Positions 28,915 to 39,329 of a stretch of DNA of 64,000 nt are shown one piece after another (position 1 is the stretch's first letter; each line of letters opens with the position of its first letter). Under the pieces are notes generated by a model. It was not told the origin of the DNA, made no database searches, and worked only from the letters and a program-made list of their open reading frames with translations. The stretch covers positions 62,001-126,000 of the IMG/VR virus record IMGVR_UViG_3300009103_000001. One strand, given 5' to 3'. The translations under genes and the position numbers were made by a program.

Positions 28915-30720
28915 ATGAGAGATAAAACCTTAAAAAGAATGTTAAAATTGGCTGATATAAAGCCAATTATTAAAGAAAGTAAAAAAGCCCTACTTTCATC
29001 AATGGAAATTGTTAAAGAGGCGGTGGATGGTAATACTTACGCTATTGTCAGAGAAAATAAAAGATATTTTATAAAATCGGCTGAAACTAAAGAAAATTTA
29101 CAAGAATCTGATTTCGATTATATTGGTGGCATACAAAATAAGACTAAAAAATCTTTTAGTTCTTTTAGTGATGCAACAAAACATTTAAACTTAATGTTTG
29201 AAGAAATTAATAATCATTCAGATGTTGATAATATTAATATTTTAGAGTCTGATTTATTGGGTGAAAAAAAATATGTTTTAAAATTACCAAAACCAAAAAT
29301 AGAGGAAGTGCCAGAAACACCAAGTGACGAAGAGTTTGGAACTGAAGAAGGTGGTGAAGAAGACTTTGATTTTGGAACTGAAGAAGGTGGTGAAGAAGAC
29401 TTTGATTTTGGAACTGAAGGTGAAGGAGATTTTGATTTTGACGCTGAAGGTGGTGAAGGAGAAGGAGATTTTGATTTTGACGCTGAAGGTGGTGAAGGAG
29501 AAGGAGATTTTGATTTTGACGCTGAGGGTGAAGAAGAGGTTAGTGATGAGGTAGAAGTGAATGACGAACTTGAGGGTAGTTCTATAAAAGATATACAGAG
29601 TACCACTGGCACATTAGGCCAACAATTAAGAGATACTGAAGATTTATCTTCTGATATACAAAAATGGGTAGCAAAATCTGTTTTATCAGCGTTAGATTTA
29701 GATAATATGGACTCAAAAGATAAAAAAGATATTATAAATACAGTGGAAGCTGGTGGTGATAGTTCTGATGAAGTAGAGGTTGAAAAAACAGAGTTTGATT
29801 TTGACGCTGAATTAGAAGAAAGTTCTGATGAGTTAGGTCTTAATGTTACAACAACTAACGAACCAGATGTACAAACATGGAAAACACCACAAGGAAGTGA
29901 GTCAGGTGGTTTAACAGAGCCTTGGGAATCGGAGGATAAAGGTTATGATGAGGATAACCCTGATATAGGTGGTGATGAGGATGAAGAAATTGCTGAACCA
30001 GGTAAAACGGGGGAAGATTTATTAATATTAGATGATGATGTAATAAATGATGACCCATATGATTTACCTAATGCTGAAGCAGAAGCATTATATGGACCAA
30101 ATACATATCCCGAATATAGTAGAGACCCAGCTTATAGAGCAAAAAAACAAGCAGATAAAGATATAACAACACATTATTATAAATCGGCACCTCCAGGTTT
30201 TGAATTAGACCCATCAGAAGATTGGAGGAAACATAAATTACCTTACGATACAAAATTTTTAGATGAGGATGATGATGTTTGGTATAGTGAAATGGAAGAC
30301 GCTGGAATATTAGCTCCATCAACTTATGAAGATGAGTTAGGTTTACCACCAGCAACAAAAGATTCAGATGAAACAGAATATGATTGGTCAAATGCTGATG
30401 ATAAATTTGTTGGTGAGCCTATTGACAGTGTTGGAGATTTTGACGAAATTTTGGATGAAGAACAAATTGATGAAGATATGGAATTTTATGATGATATAAT
30501 AATGGCACCACAACCACAAAGAGCACCAGAAGAAGAACCGGCACAACCACAAGTTGACCCAGGTGTACCAGAAAAAGAACCACCAAGTAAGAGACCGTCA
30601 AGACAACCATTTACCCCACCCCCACATATTACCCCAGGTGAGGAACCAGGACCTAAAGCTAAATGGGATAAGAGGGATAGGGATATGATGTATAGAGATA
30701 TTGACGTAGAGTTCGAATAA
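28915..30720 (+). CDS. Highly acidic, low-complexity putative head-internal/core protein
   Basis: IIKE, LQE and ILE sites; DFDF repeats; Pro-rich C-terminus. Confidence 0.8.
   Translation: MRDKTLKRMLKLADIKPIIKESKKALLSSMEIVKEAVDGNTYAIVRENKRYFIKSAETKENLQESDFDYIGGIQNKTKKSFSSFSDATKHLNLMFEEINNHSDVDNINILESDLLGEKKYVLKLPKPKIEEVPETPSDEEFGTEEGGEEDFDFGTEEGGEEDFDFGTEGEGDFDFDAEGGEGEGDFDFDAEGGEGEGDFDFDAEGEEEVSDEVEVNDELEGSSIKDIQSTTGTLGQQLRDTEDLSSDIQKWVAKSVLSALDLDNMDSKDKKDIINTVEAGGDSSDEVEVEKTEFDFDAELEESSDELGLNVTTTNEPDVQTWKTPQGSESGGLTEPWESEDKGYDEDNPDIGGDEDEEIAEPGKTGEDLLILDDDVINDDPYDLPNAEAEALYGPNTYPEYSRDPAYRAKKQADKDITTHYYKSAPPGFELDPSEDWRKHKLPYDTKFLDEDDDVWYSEMEDAGILAPSTYEDELGLPPATKDSDETEYDWSNADDKFVGEPIDSVGDFDEILDEEQIDEDMEFYDDIIMAPQPQRAPEEEPAQPQVDPGVPEKEPPSKRPSRQPFTPPPHITPGEEPGPKAKWDKRDRDMMYRDIDVEFE
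29332..29530 (+). repeat. In-frame tandem repeats encoding (FGTEEGGEEDFD)x2 and (GEGDFDFDAEG-GE)x3
   Basis: Near-identical 36-bp and 39-bp units. Confidence 0.85.
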
Positions 30721-30721
30721 A

Positions 30722-31180
30722 ATGAAAACACAAGAAAATAATTATTCACATTTCGGAATAAAAGACGAAGACCAAGTAGCATATGCGGAGGCTATGGGTA
30801 AAGACCCCAATACCTTTAAGGTAGAATCAAGAAAGCAAGCGAAACTAGACGGTTATTATATTGGTGACAGGTTGTTAGAAGGTATAGACTTTATATTCAC
30901 AGTTAACGATGATGGGACTCTATCTGTAGAAACCCCTAAAGAATCACAGAGTTATATGGATAATCTAAACGAAGAAAAGTGGTTGAGAATGGCATTAGAT
31001 TATGCTAAAAGTAGAGACTTTTTCGAAGGGTTGGATGGGTTGGAAGACATAAACCTGGTAATGACTAATGGTGACTATAACTTTGAAGCATTAACACTTC
31101 CTTCCCCAACAGTTCATGGAAAAGTGAATTTAAATGATAAATTAAGGGAAGAAGTTAAAAGATTTAATGATTTAATTTAA
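30722..31180 (+). CDS. Hypothetical protein, C-terminal LREEVKRFNDLI motif
   Basis: 152-aa ORF followed by a terminator. Confidence 0.75.
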   Translation: MKTQENNYSHFGIKDEDQVAYAEAMGKDPNTFKVESRKQAKLDGYYIGDRLLEGIDFIFTVNDDGTLSVETPKESQSYMDNLNEEKWLRMALDYAKSRDFFEGLDGLEDINLVMTNGDYNFEALTLPSPTVHGKVNLNDKLREEVKRFNDLI

Positions 31181-31183
31181 AAT

Positions 31184-31216
31184 AAAAAACACGAAAAGTT
31201 AATTCGTGTTTTTTTT
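31184..31216 (+). terminator. Intrinsic terminator
   Basis: aaaaaacacgaa/ttcgtgtttttt hairpin with T-tract. Confidence 0.75.
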
Positions 31217-31242
31217 ATGCAATAATATTAATATTTATTAAT

Positions 31243-31659
31243 ATGGAAGAATTATATTTAATATATATTAATAAGATTGGTACCACATTTAAAGGTGAAC
31301 ATATGTTTGAATTTTTATTTTCAAACTCCACAACATGGGAATGGGATGAGGGTTGGTATGAATCATCAGTAATTACAGACACAACAGATTTATCACCAGA
31401 CCCATCAGTAGTTAAAATGATAGGTTCATTAAAAACAAACGAATTAGATTTAGATTTAGTGCAAGAATCGGGTGTATTTGATATTTATAACGCAGTTGAG
31501 GATATTATTGCGTTAGGATGGCAGAAATTAAATGAGGATGATGACCCAGATATTGAAAGAATTGTATTTAAATTTGGCGAAAAAAAAGAATTAGTAGAGT
31601 CTAAATTATATATAATGGATTTAGCCTTACAATATAAGGAAAATAAAGTAATTAGATAA
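31243..31659 (+). CDS. Hypothetical late protein
   Basis: ATATTTAT at 31231; 138 aa. Confidence 0.8.
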   Translation: MEELYLIYINKIGTTFKGEHMFEFLFSNSTTWEWDEGWYESSVITDTTDLSPDPSVVKMIGSLKTNELDLDLVQESGVFDIYNAVEDIIALGWQKLNEDDDPDIERIVFKFGEKKELVESKLYIMDLALQYKENKVIR

Positions 31660-33521
31660 TGAAAAGATTAGAAGATAAAAATAAAGACTTGGATTGGGTT
31701 AAAGATACTGAACCACACACAATAGATAAACTTAGTAATAAAATAAAACATGACGGACCAATGACCATTGATGATGTCATATCTTTTTTAAATAAAGAAG
31801 ACCCTATTTTAAAAGATGAACCTTATTATCCTGATGAACAAAATGAATCAGAAAATGGTGATGAAAGATATCTTTTACAAGATGATGAAAATGTTGATGA
31901 GACTATAACGGTAGGGGAAGATGACCCTGACGCTGAAAGAACAGCAAGTGAGATTAAAAAAAGGGATAAAGATAAAACGGTACGATATACCAATAAAGAA
32001 GGTGATGTTGTTACAGTTGAAAATAAAATTATAACATCAGAGTCTTTTAAAAAAATAGTTAAAAATTACGGTAAAATATCATTGTCGGAGTCAGATATTA
32101 TGAGTATACTTGAAGAAACTCAGAATCCAATTATGTCAAAATCTGAGATAGTAGAATCAATACAAAAAAATTTAATATCTGAAGCAAATATGAATGATAA
32201 TGTAAGAAGAAAATTTGAATCTGGTGAACATGATTACTCAGACCACCTAGAAAGAGAGTTAACTAAAAATATATCTGATGATGTGTTTCGTGAAATACAA
32301 CAAAAAATTAGAGAGAAGGTCGGTAACGATAATGTAACACTTGAAGACGCACAAAGATTATTAGGTACATCACTAATTGAGGCGGCTAAAAAAGAATATG
32401 AATATGGGATTGAAAATTTGGAGAGAAAAGCTGTTGAAATGATTAGACAACAATTTAATATGCCAGCAGACGCTGTTGATGTTGACGCAACAATTACTGG
32501 ATTAAATCCACGTATGGTTATTGGTAGAGAAGTATCACCACAAGAAGCTGAACAATTGACTAGACAAACAGGTTTTAAGGTTGGTTCAGTAGATAAGGGA
32601 CAAATTAAACATCAAAGAGGTAATACACCAAAACCACAAAATATCTCAGATGAAGAAGTTAAGGATGAGATAACAAGAAGACGTTTTACTAACGCTCTTA
32701 TGCATGGGGCAGCTCGAAAATCACAAAACCTACACTTTATGGATGATGAATTGTCTCAAAACGTACCAGATTTATCTAGAAATTATGGTAATATTATGGC
32801 CGCAAATGATTTTAACTATTGGATATTAGATGATGAAACAATAAAAAATGAAGGTAGGAGTGGTGTACACGCAGGAAATGTTAGAATTGACCTTTCTGGT
32901 GATAAACCAAAAATAATAGCACAAGGTATTGTATTTCCAATATTATTACATGAATTAGCGAAAGGTGTTATGGAATTAATGTCATTACATTCTTTACCAC
33001 AAGATAGAAATTTAAGACAACATGTTTTAGATAATACAGACCATTTAGAGGCTGAAACAAACGATATACGATTAGGTCAACATATTTGGACTAAGATAGT
33101 TGAAAACATACCAGTGGATAATCAAGAAGTAATATCATTAACATTTAATTATTTACAACAATTACCAACAAATGATTTTAATAGTTTAATAAAAGACTTA
33201 CTTAATAATAGGGAAGAGGCTAAAAATAGAATTGAAAATATGGCTAATGAAGCGTTGGAACAATTAAGGGATGAAGCTTATAAAGATAGCACTAGTGGTT
33301 ATGAGGATAGTCCAATAGAGGATGATGATAGTGATGTTTTAACACCACCTGAACCTGAAGGTAGAGAAGTTACACCAGAACCAGAAATTGAAGATGTACC
33401 GAAAGAACCTGATTATTCTAGTATGAATAAAAGACAATTAGAGTTAGCTATTGACGCGGCTTTAGATGATGGTAATATGGATTTGGTTAGAAAAATTGGT
33501 TCTTATCTTAGTCAAAAATAA
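31659..33521 (+). CDS. Hypothetical late protein with DLDWVKD N-terminal motif and multiple x-x-E sites
   Basis: 620 aa; LSESDI, LISE and LLHELAKG; immediately upstream of the terminase. Confidence 0.8.
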   Translation: MKRLEDKNKDLDWVKDTEPHTIDKLSNKIKHDGPMTIDDVISFLNKEDPILKDEPYYPDEQNESENGDERYLLQDDENVDETITVGEDDPDAERTASEIKKRDKDKTVRYTNKEGDVVTVENKIITSESFKKIVKNYGKISLSESDIMSILEETQNPIMSKSEIVESIQKNLISEANMNDNVRRKFESGEHDYSDHLERELTKNISDDVFREIQQKIREKVGNDNVTLEDAQRLLGTSLIEAAKKEYEYGIENLERKAVEMIRQQFNMPADAVDVDATITGLNPRMVIGREVSPQEAEQLTRQTGFKVGSVDKGQIKHQRGNTPKPQNISDEEVKDEITRRRFTNALMHGAARKSQNLHFMDDELSQNVPDLSRNYGNIMAANDFNYWILDDETIKNEGRSGVHAGNVRIDLSGDKPKIIAQGIVFPILLHELAKGVMELMSLHSLPQDRNLRQHVLDNTDHLEAETNDIRLGQHIWTKIVENIPVDNQEVISLTFNYLQQLPTNDFNSLIKDLLNNREEAKNRIENMANEALEQLRDEAYKDSTSGYEDSPIEDDDSDVLTPPEPEGREVTPEPEIEDVPKEPDYSSMNKRQLELAIDAALDDGNMDLVRKIGSYLSQK

Positions 33522-33540
33522 ATTAATTTTAATAATCTTT

Positions 33541-33565
33541 AAACCCGCTATTGCGGGTTTTTTTA
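33541..33565 (+). terminator. Intrinsic terminator
   Basis: aaacccgc-tatt-gcgggttt plus T-tract. Confidence 0.85.
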
Positions 33566-33594
33566 TGCCTAAAGATATTTATAGATAAAACTCT

Positions 33595-35385
33595 ATGAAT
33601 AAGGCTCAGATGTTATATGAAATAGGTAAATGTATAAAAGACCCAATTTATGCAATAGAAACTTATCTAGAAACAGAAGATAGAACACAAGGTGGTTTTG
33701 TTCCATTTAAACTTTTTCCCAAACAAAAAGAATTAGTTAAATCTTACATAGATAATGACCACAATATAGTTATGAAACCACGACAAGCTGGGATAACAAC
33801 AACCACAGCAGCATATCTAGCTATAGTAACAGCATTATCCTCCAATAAAAGTACACAAAAAATTCTTATTGCAGCTAATAAACAAGAAACAGCAAAAGAA
33901 TTTCTAAAGAAAATAAAAGATTTTACAAAACAATTACCACAGTGGATGGATGTTTATCGTAACACTAACTCTACTGATTGGTTTGATACGGAAAAAAATT
34001 CATCTTCCCACTATAAATTATGGAATGGTAGTGAAGTTAAAGCTGTTGCATCATCTAAAGATGCCTTAAGGGGTTATACACCATCTGTTGTTGTTGTGGA
34101 TGAGGCAGCATTTATTGAGGGTAATAAAGGAGAAGAATTTTATACTGCCGCTCAACCATCATTATCTACAGGAGGTCGTTCAATATTAATTTCAACACCT
34201 AATGGTTATGACCCACTTTATCATAAAGCCTATGCCAACGCTAAATCAGGTGATAATAATTTCAATATAATAGAAATGCGTTGGTATGAAGACCCACGAT
34301 ACAATAAAGGTATGACTTGGGTTAAAAAAGAAAGAAATAAAGATGGTGAAGAAACTATACAAACAAAAGAAGATTTTAATAAAGAAAATTGGGATGATTT
34401 AATCAAAGATAATTGGGAACCAACGTCAGATTGGTTTGAAAATATGTGTGCACAACTTAATCACAATCCAAGGTCAATAGCACAAGAATTACTTTGTTCG
34501 TTTTTAGGTTCTGGTGATAACGTAATAGATGAAAAGTATGTTGAGAGACAAAAAAAGGATAATGTAGTAGACCCAATTAGAAAAGAATGGTTAGATGGTA
34601 ACATGTGGATTTGGGAAGACCCAATAAAAGACCACCAATATATATTAGCGGCCGACCCATCATCAGGTTCTTCAGATGACTTTGCTGGTATTTGTATATG
34701 GGATTACACAACTGGATATCAAGTAGCTGAGTATCATGGTAAAGTTGCTCCAGATGTATTAGGTGAGATATGTAAATATTATGGTGAATCTTATAACGCT
34801 TTTGTTGTAGTAGATATTACTGGTGGTTGGGGAGCTTCAGTAATATTAAAATTAATTGAGTTAGGTTATTCTAAAAAATTATTATATTATGACATTACAG
34901 TTGGTATTGACGCTGTTGAAAATAATAAATCACTACAGAAATTTATGAATAAAGGTAAATTACCTGGACTTAATTTTCAAAAAAATAGAGGACAAATAAC
35001 CACAAAACTAGAAGAATTTATTAGATTAGATTCTTTTAAAGTTAGGTCTATTAGAGCAATAAACGAAATGGACACATTTGTTTTTATAAACGGTAGAGCT
35101 GACCATATGAAAGGTTATCATGATGACTTATTAATGTCAATAGGTATGTGTTGTTTTGTTGGTGAGACATCATTTAAAAATTTAGAAAAATCTAAAGGAC
35201 AAGCTAAAGCAATGGTTAGTAGTTGGGCAATTACAACAACAACAAGTGAGGATATTGGTGTTTTGGATGATGTTATGAATGGTTTTATTGTTAATGAAAT
35301 TAATGAAAATAAACAAACCGTTCAAAATACAAAAGAATATTCTTGGTTATTTGGTGGTTTACCTGGATTTAAAAAAAATAAATAA
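33595..35385 (+). CDS. terL: Terminase large subunit (T4 gp17-like)
   Basis: KPRQAGITT Walker A, VVVDEAAF Walker B, ISTPNG, ADPSSG nuclease acidic residues, HDDLLMS. Confidence 0.95.
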   Translation: MNKAQMLYEIGKCIKDPIYAIETYLETEDRTQGGFVPFKLFPKQKELVKSYIDNDHNIVMKPRQAGITTTTAAYLAIVTALSSNKSTQKILIAANKQETAKEFLKKIKDFTKQLPQWMDVYRNTNSTDWFDTEKNSSSHYKLWNGSEVKAVASSKDALRGYTPSVVVVDEAAFIEGNKGEEFYTAAQPSLSTGGRSILISTPNGYDPLYHKAYANAKSGDNNFNIIEMRWYEDPRYNKGMTWVKKERNKDGEETIQTKEDFNKENWDDLIKDNWEPTSDWFENMCAQLNHNPRSIAQELLCSFLGSGDNVIDEKYVERQKKDNVVDPIRKEWLDGNMWIWEDPIKDHQYILAADPSSGSSDDFAGICIWDYTTGYQVAEYHGKVAPDVLGEICKYYGESYNAFVVVDITGGWGASVILKLIELGYSKKLLYYDITVGIDAVENNKSLQKFMNKGKLPGLNFQKNRGQITTKLEEFIRLDSFKVRSIRAINEMDTFVFINGRADHMKGYHDDLLMSIGMCCFVGETSFKNLEKSKGQAKAMVSSWAITTTTSEDIGVLDDVMNGFIVNEINENKQTVQNTKEYSWLFGGLPGFKKNK

Positions 35386-35624
35386 TGGCAAAAATATACT
35401 CAAATAAAGCTTTTAGACGACAATGTGCTGTTAGGAAAGGTGGGGGACCAACTTATAATAGATTTTGTCCACCTAAAGATAGGGGTAATGATAATTTGGT
35501 CACAAAAAAACCAGAAAAAAATAGTTGTTCTGGCCCTTATGACAATCTAGTTAGTTATGTATTTGAAATAGACTTATCAAATGGTAGTCATTTAGCATAT
35601 GTTGATTGTGATTATGTAGAATAA
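35385..35624 (+). CDS. Small Cys-containing hypothetical protein
   Basis: Coupled to the terL stop (TAATG). Confidence 0.65.
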   Translation: MAKIYSNKAFRRQCAVRKGGGPTYNRFCPPKDRGNDNLVTKKPEKNSCSGPYDNLVSYVFEIDLSNGSHLAYVDCDYVE

Positions 35625-35697
35625 TTATTTTTAATGTTCACATTAAATAAAGATAAGTTATTGTTATTAGTGTAGATATTTATATTAAAATATTTTT

Positions 35698-37575
35698 ATG
35701 GAAGAAAATAAAAATTTAACAGTTTATCAAAAATTATTTTACTTATTTGGACAAGCGGGTGGACCGAAAACGAATGCGGATTATAATAAGTATACTTTAA
35801 ATAATAAGGATTTAATTGTTACTAAATCTAAAGAAGATTTTCAAAAAGAAAAATTACAACTACAACAACAAAAATATTTAGAAGGTCAATGGGCCAGAGT
35901 TGATAGTGAATTATACCAAAAATCAATATTTTATGAAACATCTAGAGTGGCTTCATATATGGATTATGAATCTATGGAGTTTACACCTGAAATATCAGTA
36001 GCTTTAGATATAATGTCTGAAGAAAGTTGTACGTTAAGTGAACAAGGACAAATATTATCTATTTATTCTGATTCTTCTAGAATCAAAAAAGTTTTACAAG
36101 ATTTATTTTATAATGTATTAGATATACACTCTAATTTACCTATGTGGACAAGAAATACTTGTAAATATGGTGATAATTTTGTTTTTCTAAAAATAGATTA
36201 TAAAGATGGTATTATAGGGGCAAGTCAATTAACAAATATAGAAGTTAGTAGAAGTGAAACAGGAACATTCCCATTCCAAGAACCAACGGTACAAGAAGCT
36301 GAAAATGACGTTAAAAAGAAACAAGTTAAATTTTATTGGAAAAATAAAAATATGGAATTTAATCCATGGGAAGTAGCACATTTTAGATTATTAGGTGATG
36401 ATAGAAAATTACCTTATGGTACTTCTGTGTTAGAAAAAGTTAGAAGAATATGGAAACAACTTCTTTTAGCTGAAGATGCTATGTTAGTTTATCGTGTTAC
36501 AAGAGCACCAGAAAGAAGAGTATTTAAAGTTTATGTTGGTAATATAGATGATGATGATGTTGAAGCTTATGTACAAAAAGTAGCGAATAAATTTAAAAGA
36601 GTACAAACAACAGATAATCAAACTGGTCAGGTAGATATTAGATATAATACTTTAGCCGTAGACCAAGATTATTTTGTTCCTGTAAGAGACCCAAATGCGT
36701 CAATGCCTATTGAGACTTTAGCTGGAGCTCAAAACTTAGACCAAATTGCTGATATACAATTTATACAAAGAAAATTAGTTACAGCACTAAGAGTACCTAA
36801 AACTTTTTTAGGTTTTGAAGAACCTGTTGGTGAAGGTAAAAATTTAGCTTTGATGGACATTAGATTCGCTAGAACTATTAATAGAATTCAACAAGCTATG
36901 ATACAAGAATTAAATAAAATAGCTATTATACATCTATATATTTTAGGGTTTCATGATGAATTAAATGATTTTAAATTATCACTTAATAACCCATCAACAC
37001 AGGGTGAGATGTTAAAGGTTGAACAATGGAAAGAAAAAGTTCTTTTATATAAAGATTTAGTTGCCGGAGTTGATGGTGGTATAGCGCCAACATCACACAC
37101 ATGGGCTAAGAAAAATATATTTAATTGGTCTTCAGATGAAATAAAAGAAGATTTAGAACAACAAAGACTAGAGAGAGCGGCTTCAGCGGAATTAGAACAA
37201 ACACCGAACATAATTAAAAATACTGGATTTTTTAAGAAGGTTGATAAACTATATGGAGAATTACCGATGGACCAAGGTGAAGAGACTGAAGAAGGCGAAG
37301 GTACTGAAGAAGGTTTTGGTGGTGGTGATTTAGGTGGAGGCTTTGGAGGTGGAGGCTTCGGAGGCGGTGAAGATTTCGGTGGTGGTGAAGAAGGTGGCTT
37401 TGGTGAAGAAGGTGGCTTTGGTGAAGAAGGTGGCTTTGGTGAAAGTTTTAGGGGAGACGAAAAAACTATAGAGAAGTTACTATTAGAAGGTAAGAAAAAA
37501 AATGAAGATATTTTTATGATGACAGAGGGTATTGAAGACCTTATAAACAAGAATAAAGATACAGAACAAGAATAA
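35698..37575 (+). CDS. Portal protein (T4 gp20-like)
   Basis: EDAMLVYRVTRAPERRVFKVYVGN, DYFVPVR, IETLAG and ALRVPK motifs. Confidence 0.95.
   Translation: MEENKNLTVYQKLFYLFGQAGGPKTNADYNKYTLNNKDLIVTKSKEDFQKEKLQLQQQKYLEGQWARVDSELYQKSIFYETSRVASYMDYESMEFTPEISVALDIMSEESCTLSEQGQILSIYSDSSRIKKVLQDLFYNVLDIHSNLPMWTRNTCKYGDNFVFLKIDYKDGIIGASQLTNIEVSRSETGTFPFQEPTVQEAENDVKKKQVKFYWKNKNMEFNPWEVAHFRLLGDDRKLPYGTSVLEKVRRIWKQLLLAEDAMLVYRVTRAPERRVFKVYVGNIDDDDVEAYVQKVANKFKRVQTTDNQTGQVDIRYNTLAVDQDYFVPVRDPNASMPIETLAGAQNLDQIADIQFIQRKLVTALRVPKTFLGFEEPVGEGKNLALMDIRFARTINRIQQAMIQELNKIAIIHLYILGFHDELNDFKLSLNNPSTQGEMLKVEQWKEKVLLYKDLVAGVDGGIAPTSHTWAKKNIFNWSSDEIKEDLEQQRLERAASAELEQTPNIIKNTGFFKKVDKLYGELPMDQGEETEEGEGTEEGFGGGDLGGGFGGGGFGGGEDFGGGEEGGFGEEGGFGEEGGFGESFRGDEKTIEKLLLEGKKKNEDIFMMTEGIEDLINKNKDTEQE
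37387..37443 (+). repeat. Three tandem 18-bp repeats (GAAGAAGGTGGCTTTGGT) in the portal C-terminal tail
   Basis: Encodes (EEGGFG)x3. Confidence 0.85.
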
Positions 37576-37624
37576 TTATTGAAGCACTTATCATTTTCGG
37601 CATATTTATTTTAAAAATAATATT

Positions 37625-38407
37625 ATGAATTTTGGTACTGTTAAGAATATATTTGTTGAAAAACTTATAGAATCCCATATTTCTGGTGAAAAAACAGGTA
37701 AAAACTTATATAAAAAGTTTTTAAAAACACTTAATGAAAGTGAAACATTAAAGACAGCTTTTGTTGTTTATAAGAATATTGAAAGTAATACAATTAGTGA
37801 TAAATTTGAGGCAAACCATTATTTAAAAGAAAATTTATCGTTAATTAATAATTTTACAGGAAAAAAATCATTAGTAGAAGAAACTAAAAAATTAATAGCA
37901 ATTTTAAAAGAAAATGATATTAATTTAGATGTTAAATCTAATAACTTACACGAATCTTTAGAAATACTTTTAACTAAAACTAGTAGTTTAAAAACCATAA
38001 ACAAATTACACGAATCTAGAATAAATGTTATAGATTGGTTAATTTCTAATAAAGATAGGGAAGAAAAAAGTGATTATGTTAGGGAAAATATAAATCCTAA
38101 GAAATTTTTAGATATAGCAACAAATAAATTTAATGAAAGATATTCAGAATTAACTGAAGAAGAAAAAAATATTTTAAAGGTACTTAAAGAATCTGACGAT
38201 AGTAGTTTAAAAAATATGGTTTTAAAACTAGTTAAAGATAACATTAACATTATAAATGAAAATTTGGATAAGTATTCAAATAATATGGATGTTAAAGGTA
38301 AGTTATTAGAAACTAAAGATAGGGTTTACAGAATGGTTGATAGTGATGATGATTTAGGTAATAAAATTTTAAAATTATATGATTTAAAAAATAGTATTAA
38401 TGGGTAA
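37625..38407 (+). CDS. Hypothetical head-module protein (helical, many LxE sites)
   Basis: CATATTTATT at 37601; directly after the portal. Confidence 0.8.
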   Translation: MNFGTVKNIFVEKLIESHISGEKTGKNLYKKFLKTLNESETLKTAFVVYKNIESNTISDKFEANHYLKENLSLINNFTGKKSLVEETKKLIAILKENDINLDVKSNNLHESLEILLTKTSSLKTINKLHESRINVIDWLISNKDREEKSDYVRENINPKKFLDIATNKFNERYSELTEEEKNILKVLKESDDSSLKNMVLKLVKDNINIINENLDKYSNNMDVKGKLLETKDRVYRMVDSDDDLGNKILKLYDLKNSING

Positions 38408-38915
38408 GATGTTTGGGTTTATTTTGGAGAATTTTGGGTTCAACTGTAAATATGAGTTTATGGGTTCAATGGTACACACACAAGTACTAGCTTTAACATT
38501 ACCTATAGCCGGCATTAGTTCAATAATTGAATCGTACTTTGGTTTACAGGGTTTAACAGTCCTATCTTTTGTGTTACTAATAACACTTGAACTTATATCG
38601 GGTATATGTGCGTCTAAGGTAAATAAAGAAAAAATCTCTTCTAGAAGGTTTAGTAGGTTTGGTTTTAAATTATTTGTATGGGTCACATTATTATTTATTT
38701 TAAATAGTTTAAGATTGGAATATTCCACATACGATACAACAATAGGTAAAACATCTTATTTATTATTTAATTGGTTACATAGTACAGTTTTTATTTATGT
38801 TAATTTAGAATATCTAATATCAGTTTTAGAAAATTTAGGGGTTATATCTGGTAAGAAAAAAGGTACATTAATTTCAGCAATTAAAAATAAACTAAAAAAC
38901 ATTCTTAAAAATTAA
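38400..38915 (+). CDS. Putative holin (phage holin 4-like)
   Basis: Multiple TM segments; ELISGICAS...ISSRRF...K...EYLISVLENLG. Confidence 0.7.
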   Translation: MGKMFGFILENFGFNCKYEFMGSMVHTQVLALTLPIAGISSIIESYFGLQGLTVLSFVLLITLELISGICASKVNKEKISSRRFSRFGFKLFVWVTLLFILNSLRLEYSTYDTTIGKTSYLLFNWLHSTVFIYVNLEYLISVLENLGVISGKKKGTLISAIKNKLKNILKN

Positions 38916-38945
38916 TGAATAAAAAATAAATCAAATGTTTTTATA

Positions 38946-39239
38946 ATGGGAGTATTTAAAGATATGTTAAAAGAAAGAGGAAAATGGTCACAAGGTAGAA
39001 TATATCTACTAGTATCAGTTATAGTATATTACATCACATTAGCTGTTCTTATGTTTGCTGGTATAAAAACTTCTAAAGAGGGAGAAGGTTTAGATATGGA
39101 TAAATTTGAAATCATTATTGAGGCACTTAAATACGCTATGGTGTTATTTGGTGGTTATGTATTTGGTGGTAAATTTATGGAAGTAATTAAAGTTATTGGG
39201 GGCAAGAAAGAAGAGCCTCCTAAAAAGGAAATATTATAA
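38946..39239 (+). CDS. Small two-TM membrane protein (lysis-associated?)
   Basis: WSQGRI followed by two TM helices; adjacent to the holin. Confidence 0.7.
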   Translation: MGVFKDMLKERGKWSQGRIYLLVSVIVYYITLAVLMFAGIKTSKEGEGLDMDKFEIIIEALKYAMVLFGGYVFGGKFMEVIKVIGGKKEEPPKKEIL

Positions 39240-39245
39240 ATGAAT

Positions 39246-39276
39246 AAAAGCCTCCAAATTTAGGGGGCTTTTTTTT
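39246..39276 (+). terminator. Intrinsic terminator
   Basis: aagcctcc/gggggctt stem plus T-tract. Confidence 0.75.
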
Positions 39277-39329
39277 GTTAATAACATTTAGTATACTTAA
39301 GTAAATAACAATTAATAAAAAAATAATAA

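Noticed and set aside
29214-30782. Ser/Pro-rich or His/Leu-rich antisense ORFs (also 36951-37550, 46919-47422, 2084-2541)
   Set aside because: Reverse-complement shadows of acidic low-complexity coding regions
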